From Antedon mediterranea (Eukaryota; Animalia; Echinodermata), in NCBI RefSeq assembly GCF_964355755.1, contig NC_092676.1, forward strand, positions 13,906,871 to 13,970,870: DNA of 64,000 nt, written 5' to 3'. The notes beneath the pieces are model-generated. The model did no database searches. It was not told the origin of the DNA and saw nothing but the letters and a program-made list of their open reading frames with translations. Each line of letters opens with the position of its first letter. The stretch's first letter is position 1. Shown one piece after another: positions 24,901-34,659 of the stretch. The position numbers and the translations under genes were made by a program.

Positions 24901-26918
24901 AGATTTCATCGGACTGTTAATCTACAATTTACCAAGCATTTGTTATTCTTTTTTACCACTTTTCATCTACAATAAACACTATACGCAAATTAATTATCTA
25001 AGACACTGTGAAACAGGTTAGTGAGTATGTTTAGTTTTACAAATATCAAAAGCATTTAAATAATGGTAACCGACCGAAATCGTCCAGGCCAGAATGTCCT
25101 TCTAAAACTTTTTACTCGAGGCATTATCATTCTGAGAACCATCGTCTACACTTCCTAGAGGGGGAGCGAGCGAAGCGAGCTCACCCTCTAGTATTATTAA
25201 TTTTATTATTTATTTTACACTACAGTATTATAATACATTTAAAATGTAGAAAAAAATATAAGAAATACCATAACTTTACTGATCAAGTAATGTGACTGCA
25301 TTTATCTCTTAGTTTGGAAAACTTTGCATTAACTAATATCACTTGTTAACATGTTGACATTTGTACTGTATGTCAACTGGTGTAATGATGATTGTGCTCT
25401 TTTGATTGCATATGATTGATTGATGTCTTTACAGAATGATAAAACATCACATTTTGTTTGAAATGTTAGTTTTTATTTGGTTTTATAGGCAAATTTTGTG
25501 ATTGGTCAATATTGACATTTGACCTTTAATTGCAAAGAATTTTTTTTTACAAGGTGACTGAATAAATACCTATAACCATACAAATGTATTAAAAAGACCA
25601 ATAAATTGGTTATAATACATTATATAATACATTGTTATAATTGGTCAATTTTTAACTCTGACTCCTTATATCTAAAAAACGCTTTCTATCCTGATCGATT
25701 AAATCCAGATTCGCAATCTACTGAAAATTCTGGTCTAGAAAAGTTGGATGGCAATTTCATTTCATTTCATTTCATTTCTTTATTCGACAACAAGCGGTCC
25801 AGGGGTTGCGACAGCAACAGAGCGCCATAACACATTTGTGTCCGCAACCCCTGTAACATACAACTTAATAAAAGTTAAAAATGAATATAAAATATAAAGA
25901 ATATATAAAAAATTTAATAAATTTGTATTACTGTGTTACACAATTTAAAATACACCTATACAATTAAAATAAATTTGTCCCCTTTCGAGTGGTGATTCCC
26001 CACTCCTGCCACCAGACTAATATTAATACTCGTAATGTTACCACAAAGTTATTACAAAGTATAAATACTGTACCTTAACATTTTGTGCATTTGTTTTAAG
26101 TTTAATCCATAACCATCATCAGTGAATGTTAAACAAGGCATTCCATCTATTTTCTGAGTATTAATGAATATTGATGTAGCATTTACATCAGGATCATATG
26201 CATTGTCTATAACAATAAATAGAAAACTAAATTAATACCTGCAATGTAAACTGCATGTTATGAAAGCATAAATGTAGGTCTGAAAAACCTAAATCTACTT
26301 AAACATAATTCTTCAATTAATAAGTACAAGTTAACATTTAACTTAAAAACGAATAGTTCTACTAATTGGTAATAATATTTTTTACATAAAGATCTTTGGT
26401 ACATAAGCGGGATCATAGTGTATATTTGTAAATACAGTACACTATTGAGACCACGAATACTTGCCAATTAATTCTGCAAATGCTCCAAAGGGCCATGCAT
26501 GGCTAGTGGAATTTGAATGTAAATAACTTGGTGCTGTCTGAAATTAATTTTTCAAATAAGGTTATCTTTCATAGTAATTTAATATACAGTAAGAAACAAA
26601 ATCTGACGATGCTGATGATGGGGGAGACAGGAATTAAACAGTTTAGCTCCTAGAAAGAAGTTGACCACCTCAAGGATTGACCACCTCAGGTAGTATAGGT
26701 TAAATTCAAAGTTTTGTTTATCACAATCGGAACTGGCAATGCAAGCATGGTGTTGTGGACATGATAGGAATGTTGCACGTCAGAACAACACAAACAAAAC
26801 TACAGGATTTCCACAAAAAAAAACACACAATTATGTAAAAATAAATAATACTCACTCGGCTTAAAGGAATTTCTGGTGGTCTTTTATGAGACTGGACTTG
26901 ATTAGCAGACATAGCCAT
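3393..26918 (-). CDS. MORC3: MORC family CW-type zinc finger protein, MORC3/4 type (GHKL ATPase + S5 fold + CW domain); 12 coding exons in window, 3' part lies beyond position 1
   Basis: Exons 26918-26856, 26537-26465, 26206-26074, 21594-21381, 19994-19831, 19034-18902, 18488-18351, 16758-16651, 5469-5372, 4948-4841, 4580-4455 and 3479-3393 splice in frame with compatible phases. Motifs: [98 protein letters not shown]. No MORC1/2-type coiled-coil insertion in the ATPase module. Confidence 0.95.
4455..4580 (-). CDS. MORC3: MORC coding exon 11, CW zinc finger ([18 protein letters not shown]...[10 protein letters not shown])
   Basis: TTACAG acceptor, GTAACT donor; conserved Cys/Trp pattern of zf-CW. 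Confidence 0.95.
4841..4948 (-). CDS. MORC3: MORC coding exon 10 ([17 protein letters not shown]...)
   Basis: TAG acceptor, GTATGT donor; matches the MORC3-type KLNDYWNE motif. Confidence 0.92.
5372..5469 (-). CDS. MORC3: MORC coding exon 9 ([32 protein letters not shown])
   Basis: TTTCAG acceptor, GTAGTA donor. Confidence 0.93.
5802..6137. mobile_element. Kolobok-like MITE (same family as 42826-43134)
   Basis: Ends ATGTATTGTCCCCC / GGGGGACAATA(CTGTA)CATCT followed by TTAA; internal similarity to 42826-43134 in reverse orientation. Confidence 0.55.
6571..6956. repeat. Helentron-associated/DINE-like interspersed repeat with (CA)n/(CAAA)n tract and a tRNA-like segment at about 6720-6790
   Basis: ACCTCCGCC near 6597; CA-rich microsatellite 6818-6910; terminal hairpin ACCTCC-TTGGC-GGAGGT at 6924-6941; TGGTGTAATTG...GGTTCAAGTCC box-like motifs. 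Confidence 0.5.
7113..8820 (+). mobile_element. Ty3/Gypsy gag remnant, interrupted by a hairpin-terminated element (about 7250-8540)
   Basis: MAEGEEMPE...KFRGNPK at 7113-7245; [18 protein letters not shown]...LKSRFG...[25 protein letters not shown] at about 8600-8810 is gag-capsid-like. Confidence 0.65.
9736..12572. mobile_element. Non-autonomous hAT-like element
   Basis: CAGGG(G/C)TGAG ends, subterminal CTTGTCCCCGGACAAG repeats at both ends, partial GGCCTT target duplication that restores the Rex ORF. Confidence 0.7.
10760..11677 (+). mobile_element. LINE 3' end (ORF2 C-terminus with decayed CCHC knuckle, 3' UTR, (AATA)n tail)
   Basis: ORFs 10776-11344: [24 protein letters not shown]...CKMC...[11 protein letters not shown]; AATAAATAAATAAATAAAA tail at about 11659-11677. 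Confidence 0.6.
13622..13880 (+). mobile_element. Probable Gypsy pol remnant (post-protease linker), continuation of 7113-8820
   Basis: SRVKCYTQ...NVLVLP...[16 protein letters not shown]...[10 protein letters not shown] resembles the segment between protease and RT; resumes right after the TIR at 13621. Confidence 0.4.
15235..16560. mobile_element. PIF/Harbinger-type MITE in MORC intron 8
   Basis: TIR GGCC(A)nTTATTGTGTTGGCCACG at both ends; TAA duplication at 15232-15234 and 16561-16563. Confidence 0.75.
16651..16758 (-). CDS. MORC3: MORC coding exon 8 ([36 protein letters not shown])
   Basis: TTTAAG acceptor, GTAAGT donor. Confidence 0.92.
17149..17797. mobile_element. MULE-like MITE in MORC intron 7
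   Basis: TIR GGGTGTCTAGAAAACTCAGATCTCA; degenerate 9-bp TSD TGTGTATTG / TCTCTATTG. Confidence 0.65.
18195..18344. repeat. (ATG/GTG)n trinucleotide microsatellite with about 30-bp higher-order units
   Basis: Visible GGTCATGATGTTGATGATAGTCAT repeats; produces the His-rich and Met/Val-rich ORFs in the track. Confidence 0.9.
18351..18488 (-). CDS. MORC3: MORC coding exon 7 ([16 protein letters not shown]...[19 protein letters not shown])
   Basis: TTCTAG acceptor, GTATGT donor. Confidence 0.92.
18902..19034 (-). CDS. MORC3: MORC coding exon 6 ([17 protein letters not shown]...PRCDFSLR)
   Basis: TTACAG acceptor, GTATTA donor; within ORF 18785-19033. Confidence 0.9.
19831..19994 (-). CDS. MORC3: MORC coding exon 5 (KSDHKLSL...[14 protein letters not shown]...)
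   Basis: TTACAG acceptor, GTTAGT donor; within ORF 19749-20015. Confidence 0.88.
20513..21329. mobile_element. piggyBac-type MITE inside the U12-type MORC intron
   Basis: TTAA-CCCTTTCACTG ... CAGTGAAAGGG-TTAA. Confidence 0.8.
21381..21594 (-). CDS. MORC3: MORC coding exon 4 (FGFSDKEE...[22 protein letters not shown]...VPIVEFNDG)
   Basis: TTTTAG acceptor; followed by U12-type donor GTATCCTTTT. Confidence 0.93.
24040..25193 (+). mobile_element. About 1.2-kb dispersed repeat ending in a Helitron/HINE-like hairpin; second copy inverted at 61634-62965
   Basis: Collinear similarity to the reverse complement of 61634-62965; 3' hairpin CTAGAGGG...GCGAGCGAAGCGAGC...CCCTCTAGT. Confidence 0.7.
25755..25853 (-). 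mobile_element. 3' end of a non-LTR element with a stem-loop and (ATGAA)n tail
   Basis: (TTTCA)4 then TTTATT on the + strand; inverted repeat CAGGGGTTGCG...CGCAACCCCTG. Confidence 0.45.
26074..26206 (-). CDS. MORC3: MORC coding exon 3 ([10 protein letters not shown]...FTDDGYG...HKMLS)
   Basis: TATAG acceptor, GTACAG donor, GHKL motifs I and II. Confidence 0.95.
26465..26537 (-). CDS. MORC3: MORC coding exon 2 ([24 protein letters not shown])
   Basis: TTTCAG acceptor; non-canonical GCAAGT donor; phase 1 matches exon 3. Confidence 0.92.
26856..26918 (-). CDS. MORC3: MORC coding exon 1 ([21 protein letters not shown])
   Basis: ATG at 26918, GTGAGT donor, phase 0; an acceptor-like TTTGCTCTACAG lies about 10 nt upstream of the ATG. 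Confidence 0.8.
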
Positions 26919-27021
26919 GTCTTACTACTGTAGAGCAAAGTAGTCTAGTAGGCATATGATGAAAATAATTGAATGAACAGTACACTAATGGTGAAAACAT
27001 TTCTTCTTGTTTCGATAGTAT

Positions 27022-27600
27022 ATTGATATGTCGTTCCTTTATAGTAAACCAATAATATACATTTACGTTTGCAAGACGGTTTCGTCTAGCTGTCAGCTCA
27101 AGATTTCTTCAGTTGCTATGCGTTATGACACCGATTGGCCTCCTTTCCAGCCACTGAATGTTTTTGGTGTGTAGCCTAGGGGACCAGTCGTCGGGAGTTG
27201 ATCATAAATATGTGATAGTTGCTGCACGCCTTCGTCTCTATTCATCTTTTTACCTTGTTTCCTTTGCTAATAGATTCTTTAATTCTATGTTTGAGCCAAA
27301 CTTGTTCTTTGTGTACTGTACGTCTATATTATTCCATTTAGGTATGTGATTATGCATGGTCATATGGTCTGTGATCGCTGATTTATGTAACATCGAGGAC
27401 GAAACTTTCCGCGTTGCGCGTGTCTGTATGTTTTGTGTGTTGTCATCAACATCTTTCTTGTGTTCTTTTATTCTGGTTTTAAGCACCCTACCCGTTTCTC
27501 CAATATAAACCATTTCACAATTGGTACAACCTACTTTGTAAACAACATCGCAGGAATCCTCTTTGCATGCTTTATCTTTCAGTCGGACAATTAATTTTTT
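27022..27600 (-). mobile_element. Penelope-like element 3' fragment (GIY-YIG endonuclease plus pLTR), left arm of inverted pair
   Basis: VVYKVGCTNCEMVYIGETGRVLKTRIKEH...SAITDHM...NH...W...MNRDEG...LSHIYD. Confidence 0.9.
27071..27116 (-). ncRNA. Minimal type I hammerhead ribozyme-like motif in the PLE pLTR
   Basis: Minus strand: GCAA-CTGAAGA-(stem II ...AGCTGACAGCTAGAC)-GAAAC-C-GTC-TTGC; stem I GCAA/TTGC closes the core. Confidence 0.6.
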
Positions 27601-27683
27601 AATTTTATTAGATGGTTTAAAGTATGTTCGTATGTTATATTTTTAAAATTTTCTCTTGATTTTCTCTGAAAGGCTTTGAACAT

Positions 27684-28162
27684 ATGGTATCCATTGGAGA
27701 AACGGGTAGGGCGCTTAAAACCAGAATAAAAGAACACAAGAAAGATGTTGATGACAACACACAAAACATACAGACGTGCATCGCGGAAAGTTTCGTCCTC
27801 GATGTTACATAAATCAGCGATCACGGACCAAATGACCATGCATAATCACATACCTAATTGGAATAATATAGACGTACAGTACACAAAGAACAAGTTTGGC
27901 TTAAACGTAAAATTAAAGAATCCATTAGCAACAAGATAAAAAGATGAATAGAGATGAAGGCACGCACCAACTATCACATATTTATGATCAACTCCTGACG
28001 ACTAGTCCCTTAGGCTACACACCAAAAACATCCAGTGGCTGGAAAGGAGGCCAATCGTCGTCATAACGCATAGCAACTGAAGAAGTCAAGCTGACAGCTA
28101 GGAAACTGTCTTGCACACGCAAGTTTATTTACTGGTTTACTATCAAGGAACTACATATCAAT
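27684..28162 (+). mobile_element. Penelope-like element 3' fragment, right arm (inverted copy of 27022-27513)
   Basis: IGETGRALKTRIKEHKKDVDD...HKSAITDQMTMHNHIPNW...MNRDEG; near-identical to the reverse complement of the left arm. Confidence 0.9.
28073..28114 (+). ncRNA. Second minimal hammerhead-like motif (right PLE arm)
   Basis: GCAA-CTGAAGA-AGTCAAGCTGACAGCTAG-GAAAC-T-GTC-TTGC. Confidence 0.5.
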
Positions 28163-29394
28163 CAGTACACATGATTGTCAATACCATTTATTTGGGTTGA
28201 AATTATAGAAATTATTTCAAACATCATGCATATGTCATCATCATTTTTAGGAATTAAATAAAACACTTAAAATTGACTGGCAGTCAAAAAATCAGGAATT
28301 TGGTTCAAATTGTTTAGAAACTAACATTTACTCCAATAATGGCATGTTTTGTATACAAATACTGTAGGCTCTGTTAGTACAGTACATTGACCTATGTCCT
28401 ATATCAAAACAATTCACATCAAAGTTGTGTTGTGTTTTGCGTAGAAAGAAGGCTGCATTGAGAGCACCCTCACTACAGTAGTCTAGGTTTCAGACATTCA
28501 TTCGGCTTAATATTTTTAAAAGGATAAAATAACATAACGATGTCACATTGATATGAGGTGGCAATCCAAAAATCTACAATTCAACAATCTGGTCGGCCTA
28601 AATAAAGGTGGGTTTTACTCCAACCGGCAAAGAAAAAATATTCTGAGAAAATCATATTATTATTACAGATACAAAATTTGTACAGTTCAAATTCCCAGTA
28701 GCCTGCTGGAGATTTGGACATAAATACGCCTACTTGATACCATTACATGTCTAACTTGTATAATTATTGTCAAAATCTAAAATCAATTTTTTTCAAAAAA
28801 ACACCACAAACACCTATGCTTACACCATGGAGGTAAAACTACCTCCAGGCTCCACATGCTTACAGTGGTGTTTTTTTTTTATGGATGGATGGATGGAGCA
28901 GTAAAATTGTTTTAATCACAGTTATGTAGGCTATCTTTTAAGAACATTTGACAGTAAACATTTTTTCCATACGACTGTCCGTTGAGGAGTTACGAATTTT
29001 TAAGTAACTTGTCCTCAGAAAATAGGTTGAAAACGTTATGTTATTTCTGTTGGTTACGCTTCGTTGCATGCCATTGCTTGTCATCGAATTGAAGGGTAGC
29101 GGGACGATTGGGACGATTCGGCTCTGGGACGATTTGGCCCGGGACTATTTGGCCTGGGACGATTCGGCCCGGAGACGATTCGGCACACTTAAATTTATCG
29201 GCTTTGATATGCATTTTATAAACATAGACTAAGCTTTTTTTCCCCAAACTTTATTTTTAGAGAGACTAATAGGTTAGTACTACTAGGGATAAAGATGCAA
29301 TAAAGCAAACAATTTGATTAGACAAGTTACACCTTCTGTTGGCGTTGTTGAAAAAAAACCCAAAGTTTTCGAAGTAATAAATTGAACGCTGTGG

Positions 29395-30459
29395 CTAAAG
29401 ATACAGTATCGTATCCTAACTTCCGTTTGCTAAAAGTACGGTAAAATTGAATTACATCATAATCAGCCAATTATCAGCTGGTACAGTACGTGTGTCACGT
29501 CATCGTATAAGGACTTTAGATTTGTTTTATCGCGAAAACAGTGATCAACTGCTTAACAAACATTTTCTTTATGCTTCATTTATCGCTGTCGTGTGTGACA
29601 AAAACTAAATGTAGCCACGTCTGTTATTATTGAAAAGCCAAAACATGTTGATTTTAATTCTAGAATACAGAAAACCATTTCAAAAGAGGCCTACTACTAC
29701 GTACTATAACCTAGCCTCATTATATGAGTTTGTTTGTGTAGGGAAAGCGGTGCCAGGCTGTGGCCAACTGCATGTGTGCGCTGATTTCTGTGACTCAGCC
29801 CTGGGGCTTCTGTCTAAATCATACTATTTGAGGGCCCCTTTATTGTCCGCATTTGCTTGTTGTTTATGGTTACATCTGTAAACAAAGTTAAATAATAAAA
29901 AATATAGGTCTAAATAGGCCATTTGGAATAAAAACAAAACCCTCATATATAGTAACTATGGACGAATGAACTCGACGCAACACAATATCCAACATTGAAT
30001 TATAATTCCTTTACTAATCTAATTTGGCTATCAACATATCGGATTATAATACTATGTTGTATAATGAAATAATATTTGAGATTGAGTGCATGTTTTAAAC
30101 GATTTACAGTATGCAACGTCCACCAACCACATGAACTTGCTCTATTACTACAGCATCGACGTTGTCGCCTGTTATTAAACTTCTGGATTCAACATTTAAT
30201 TGCTAAATTTATTTATTTATCTATTTAATTTACATTTAATTGCTAGGTCTAGCCCCGGGGCCGAGTCACAGAATCAGCGCACACATCCATGCAGCCTGGC
30301 GCCGCTGATAGGCATTCTCTACAGACGCGATATGAAAAAAAAATCCAAAGTCCTTATATAATGACGTACACACGTACACGTATTGGCTGATTATGACGTA
30401 ATGCAATTTTACCGTACCTTTAGCAAATGGAAGTTAGGATACGGTACCGTATCTTTAGA
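29395..30459. mobile_element. Long-TIR MITE nested in the MULE
   Basis: About 130-bp inverted arms starting TAAAGATAC(A/G)GTA(T/C)CGTATCCTAACTTCC. Confidence 0.7.
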
Positions 30460-30526
30460 CACGCACGCCGTAAATCCGAATATAAAATTATGTTTTTTTA
30501 GTAATTTATTTTATATATTAGGCCTA

Positions 30527-32970
30527 AGGTAGATGTACCAATTAGCGATTTTTTCCAATTAGCGGTAATGTAATAATGTAATGTAATTTATTATTTATTC
30601 ACAACTATTATTTTTTATGTTAATGTTTTATGTCATAATATGACAAAGTAACATTGAAAGAAGGCTTGATCCCGATGAAGGAGGACTTGTGTTGGGCAAG
30701 CCTGAAACATAATATAAAGTGACATAGTAACAAGTAACAATTTTATGAAAAAATAGATAGGGTAAAGATATGTCTTTAGCGCGAACTGAAGAAAGGGGGT
30801 ACCCTCCACTTACATGTAGGTAAGTCACATGGTGACGTGATATACCTACAAACTGCATTTCACAATACCTCAATAAATAAAATACCTCATGGACTGGTCC
30901 ATTGTACGATTGTCATACTATTATGGGATGTAATTATTATGTATATTGGACCAGCCATTTGGCCTGATCCAATTAGCGGTAGGTTGGTTTTTAATTAATA
31001 TTTTTTCATTATTTTTACATTAAATATGTAAATTTAACCATATTTTCAATTAATATTAAACATAATAAACAAGAATTAATATTAAATATGAATTGTTTGT
31101 GTTTTATTTATGCTTTTAAACACTACGATCATGTTTATATTTAAAAGTTGAACATTCTCAGTCACGTGACCAAACTCAAGCGGCGTATCAATTAAAAGCA
31201 TTTACTGCAAATTGGGAACCGCAAACTGGTGCACAGTTACCGCTGTTTGGTACATCAGCCCAGGGGTGGCGCCAGGATCTTCCCGACACGGGGGCTACAT
31301 TCCCCGACGAGGGGGCTATACGAGCGAAGCGAGCATCACAAGGCTGGGGGCCAGGGGGCCGCCAAGGGCCCCCGGTGGGGGTCCAGGGGGCGAAGCCCCC
31401 GGAAGCAACGCGTTCTAGCGTCATTTGAGGTCATTTTAATCAGATTTAGGGTAGCCATTTTTTCCATTTTTTATAATGCATAAATAAAATACTGCGTGCA
31501 AAAAAACGATGCGCGATTACTGTTTCAATCCATATTTTTCAATTTAAAAAATAAAAGTTCAAAGAAAATTTAGAAAAATAGAGTTGGAGGTCCTGGAAAT
31601 TGGACTTATTATACTTCAAAACATGAAACAAAATATATAAGTCCCTATCATGGTTGTGACTGAGCTAAGAAATGTTTGAAAAATAGAGATGTTAGGTCCC
31701 GGAAAATGCACTTCTTGTACTTCGAAATATGACCAGCTTTATTGTTGGGGCTGAGCTAAGAAAATGTTTAAAACTAGAGCTGTAGGTCTTCAAAAAATTG
31801 CATTTTATACTTTGGAAACATCAGGCCCAGAGGCTTAAAAAACGCAAGCGTAGACCTTTTTCAGCAGTCGGGGAAATTTTGTATTTTTTGTATTTGTATT
31901 CATGACATACAGGACATTGAAAATTTAATAACTTAGCTATAATAAGATGTTGGCTAAGCGAAAATGGCATGTTTTTTTGTTTAGTAATGGATGAAATATT
32001 TATTTTAGGTGCCCCATGGTACAGAAGGTTACTTGTAAATTAAAAAATTGGTGAACATACGAACAATTAACATAATTCGTTTTTGCTGTAGTGTAGCGTA
32101 CGTCGACACAGTACACGACGTAACCGTCGGTAAACTTCGCCTGGAAAATAACTACAGTACACATTTTGATATGATATCACGACCCAACGTTGAACGATTC
32201 GTACAAAGGGATACCGCCAGACAAGTGCGTACCTATAGCTATTGTTTAGTAGTAAGTTAGATCGCTGGCAATAATGAATGCATATAAAGTGCATAATATC
32301 ACTCTGACGTACTCTCACGGTCAATGAAACGTCGAGGTTTTCTAGGCGCTGAAGCTACGAAGTGAACGCGATCGAATTATATTCCCCGACAAAAAGTACC
32401 CGAACCGTCGGTAAACTTCGCCTGGAAAATAACTACATTACACATTTTGGTCCCTGGATGGAACTTGATATCACGCGTCTCGACCCAACGTTGAACGATT
32501 CGTACAAAGGGATACCGCCAGACAAGTGCGTACCTAGCTAATGTTTAGTAGTAAGTTAGATCGCTGGCAATAATGAATGCATATAAATTGCATAATAGCA
32601 CTCTGACGTACTATCACGGTCAATGGAACGTCGTGGTTTTCTAGGCGCTGAAGCTATATGAAGTGAACGCGAACGTTTTTTACTGTATGTTATATTCCCC
32701 GACAAAAAGTACCCGTGTTCCCCGACGGGGGGGCTAGGCTCCCCGACGAGGGGGCTAGAGCCCCCGTAGCCCCCCCGCTGGCGCCACCACTGCATCAGCC
32801 ATCCTTAGTATTTAACAAATTATTATTAATTAAGTGGCCATTATTTATTTTTTTTAATAATGGATATACATTATTAATTACTGACAATTGTTGTATTCAC
32901 TTACAACTATAACACATTTAACGTAATAATGATTTGACCTTTGACTAACCGCAAATTGATACATCTACCC
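30527..32970. mobile_element. TIR element (GGTAGATGTA(C/T)CAATT ends) containing a hAT insertion
   Basis: GGTAGATGTACCAATTAGCG at 30528 is inverted as CGCAAATTGATACATCTACC at 32950-32969. Confidence 0.6.
31261..32792. mobile_element. hAT-type non-autonomous element with an internal ~280-bp direct duplication (32124-32400 / 32405-32715)
   Basis: TIR CAG(G/T)GGTGGCGCCAG; exact 8-bp TSD CATCAGCC at 31253-31260 and 32793-32800. Confidence 0.85.
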
Positions 32971-32975
32971 TAGGC

Positions 32976-34376
32976 GGATTAGGCCAAGTTTAGCCGCCGA
33001 CAAGTTGAGCCGTTATATTCTATGAAACGCCAAATGCTAACTTTCGCCGGTGCTCGTTTAATAGAAGTTCTATTTATATTAGGGATAACGATGTATATTC
33101 AAAAGTTTATAAAACCACGGTTTTTAGTATATATTTTTTTTGTCTTGTGTGAGTTCTTCTCACGTTTATTTAAATTCTCATTGATGAATATATTATATAC
33201 ATATAAGTACATTTGTGACAATTAAAAGTAAGTGTTTAGAGTAGTTAAAATACCGGTATATTTACATAATAAGATGCCAGAATTCATTATATTAACCATA
33301 TATTTTCTCATTTAAAATTTTAGATACGATGTTAATTAAAATGTAGAAATGAAAAATGGCGGTAAAATACATGATTAAAATTGTCTTGTTAAACTATCTT
33401 ATTTGTGATCTTATTTGTGTTCGAGTTTGTGTTCGAGTAGAGAGGCTATAAACTCAGGGGAGGAAAATGTAGTATCCTCCCTTTTCACCAAGATAAGATG
33501 GATGGTATGAAAAAAAGAGGAATGCAGTAGGTTGAAAGTTAGTTATTTAGAATGATAGCATGAAATGGTATATTTAATGGAAACCGTAAGGTTAGAGTCC
33601 ATACACGGTGCAAGTCCAAGATGCAATTTTGGCTCTGTGTGTATGTGAGACGCTTCATACCCGATGTCATCTTAGTACAACTACTACTTACAATTTGTAT
33701 TTACGGTATAACATATTATAGTTTTTAGTATATATTATTAAATATTAGAATTAAAGAAATAATTATGAAAATCTGACTTGTAGATATATAGAAATTAAAA
33801 TGATCGTTTTTAGCTAAACATGGTACCCCCTCAGGCGGCAGTTGTATGGGGGAACCGTTGTATGAACTAGGCCTACTCCATTTTTCGGTAAAATAAATAA
33901 TTACATAAAATCACCGTTTTTTTGTAAAATATTTTGTGTATTAACATTGTAAAATTCAATAAAATATGATATTAAAAGATAGTAAATAAAAAAAAAAATA
34001 TTTAACCTCATTCGAAGAATATCAATACTCTATTTATTAGTCCTGATAGACAATGTGACTTTTCGTGGTAGGCCTACACACGAGAAAAATATTATGGAGT
34101 GCACTGCATTTTTAGCTTGAAAGACAATTAAATTATTAAATAGACTACTTTTCTTTACTGCGTTGTTATGGCAGTTCAAACCAACAAAATTATAGTATGT
34201 AATTATATATTATTTATTTTCATTACACAATGAACCTAATAAAAACCATGAACTTATGTACTACTAGGACACCACTCTAAACATGACACTACGCGAAATG
34301 TCGTAAACGGACTGGGCGTTTCATAGAAATTACCGGCAGCTCAACTTGTCGGCGGCCCAATCGGTCATATATGCCC
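32976..34376. mobile_element. MULE-like MITE, inverted paralog of 58217-58966
   Basis: GGATTAGGCCAAGTT...GACAAGTTGAGCCG and GCTCAACTTGTCGG...CATATATGCC ends; collinear with the reverse complement of 58217-58966; carries an extra segment (about 33436-33665) also found inverted at about 48835-49062. Confidence 0.7.
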
Positions 34377-34659
34377 CCAATCTTTGATTGTCATTGTTTC
34401 GACAGGTTTTCTTTACCTCGGACGTAAATAACAATCTAAATTATTATGTAATTTATTCTCTTTTTTTACAGATTGAATGTGATACGTTCTTTTAAACGAA
34501 ATGGCGAATCGATGATTACTTACTTTAACCATGGAGCTATACCTCCATGCTTTAACTGTTCTAACTGATATATATGTTTAATAAAGTCAATAAAATATAT
34601 TGTGGTGTTTGTATTATATATTAATATAATATATAATAAGCCAATTATTAAGAATAATA

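Noticed and set aside
31188-31483. GC-rich overlapping ORFs (also 32556-32912)
   Set aside because: GC-rich subterminal regions of the hAT element, not genes.
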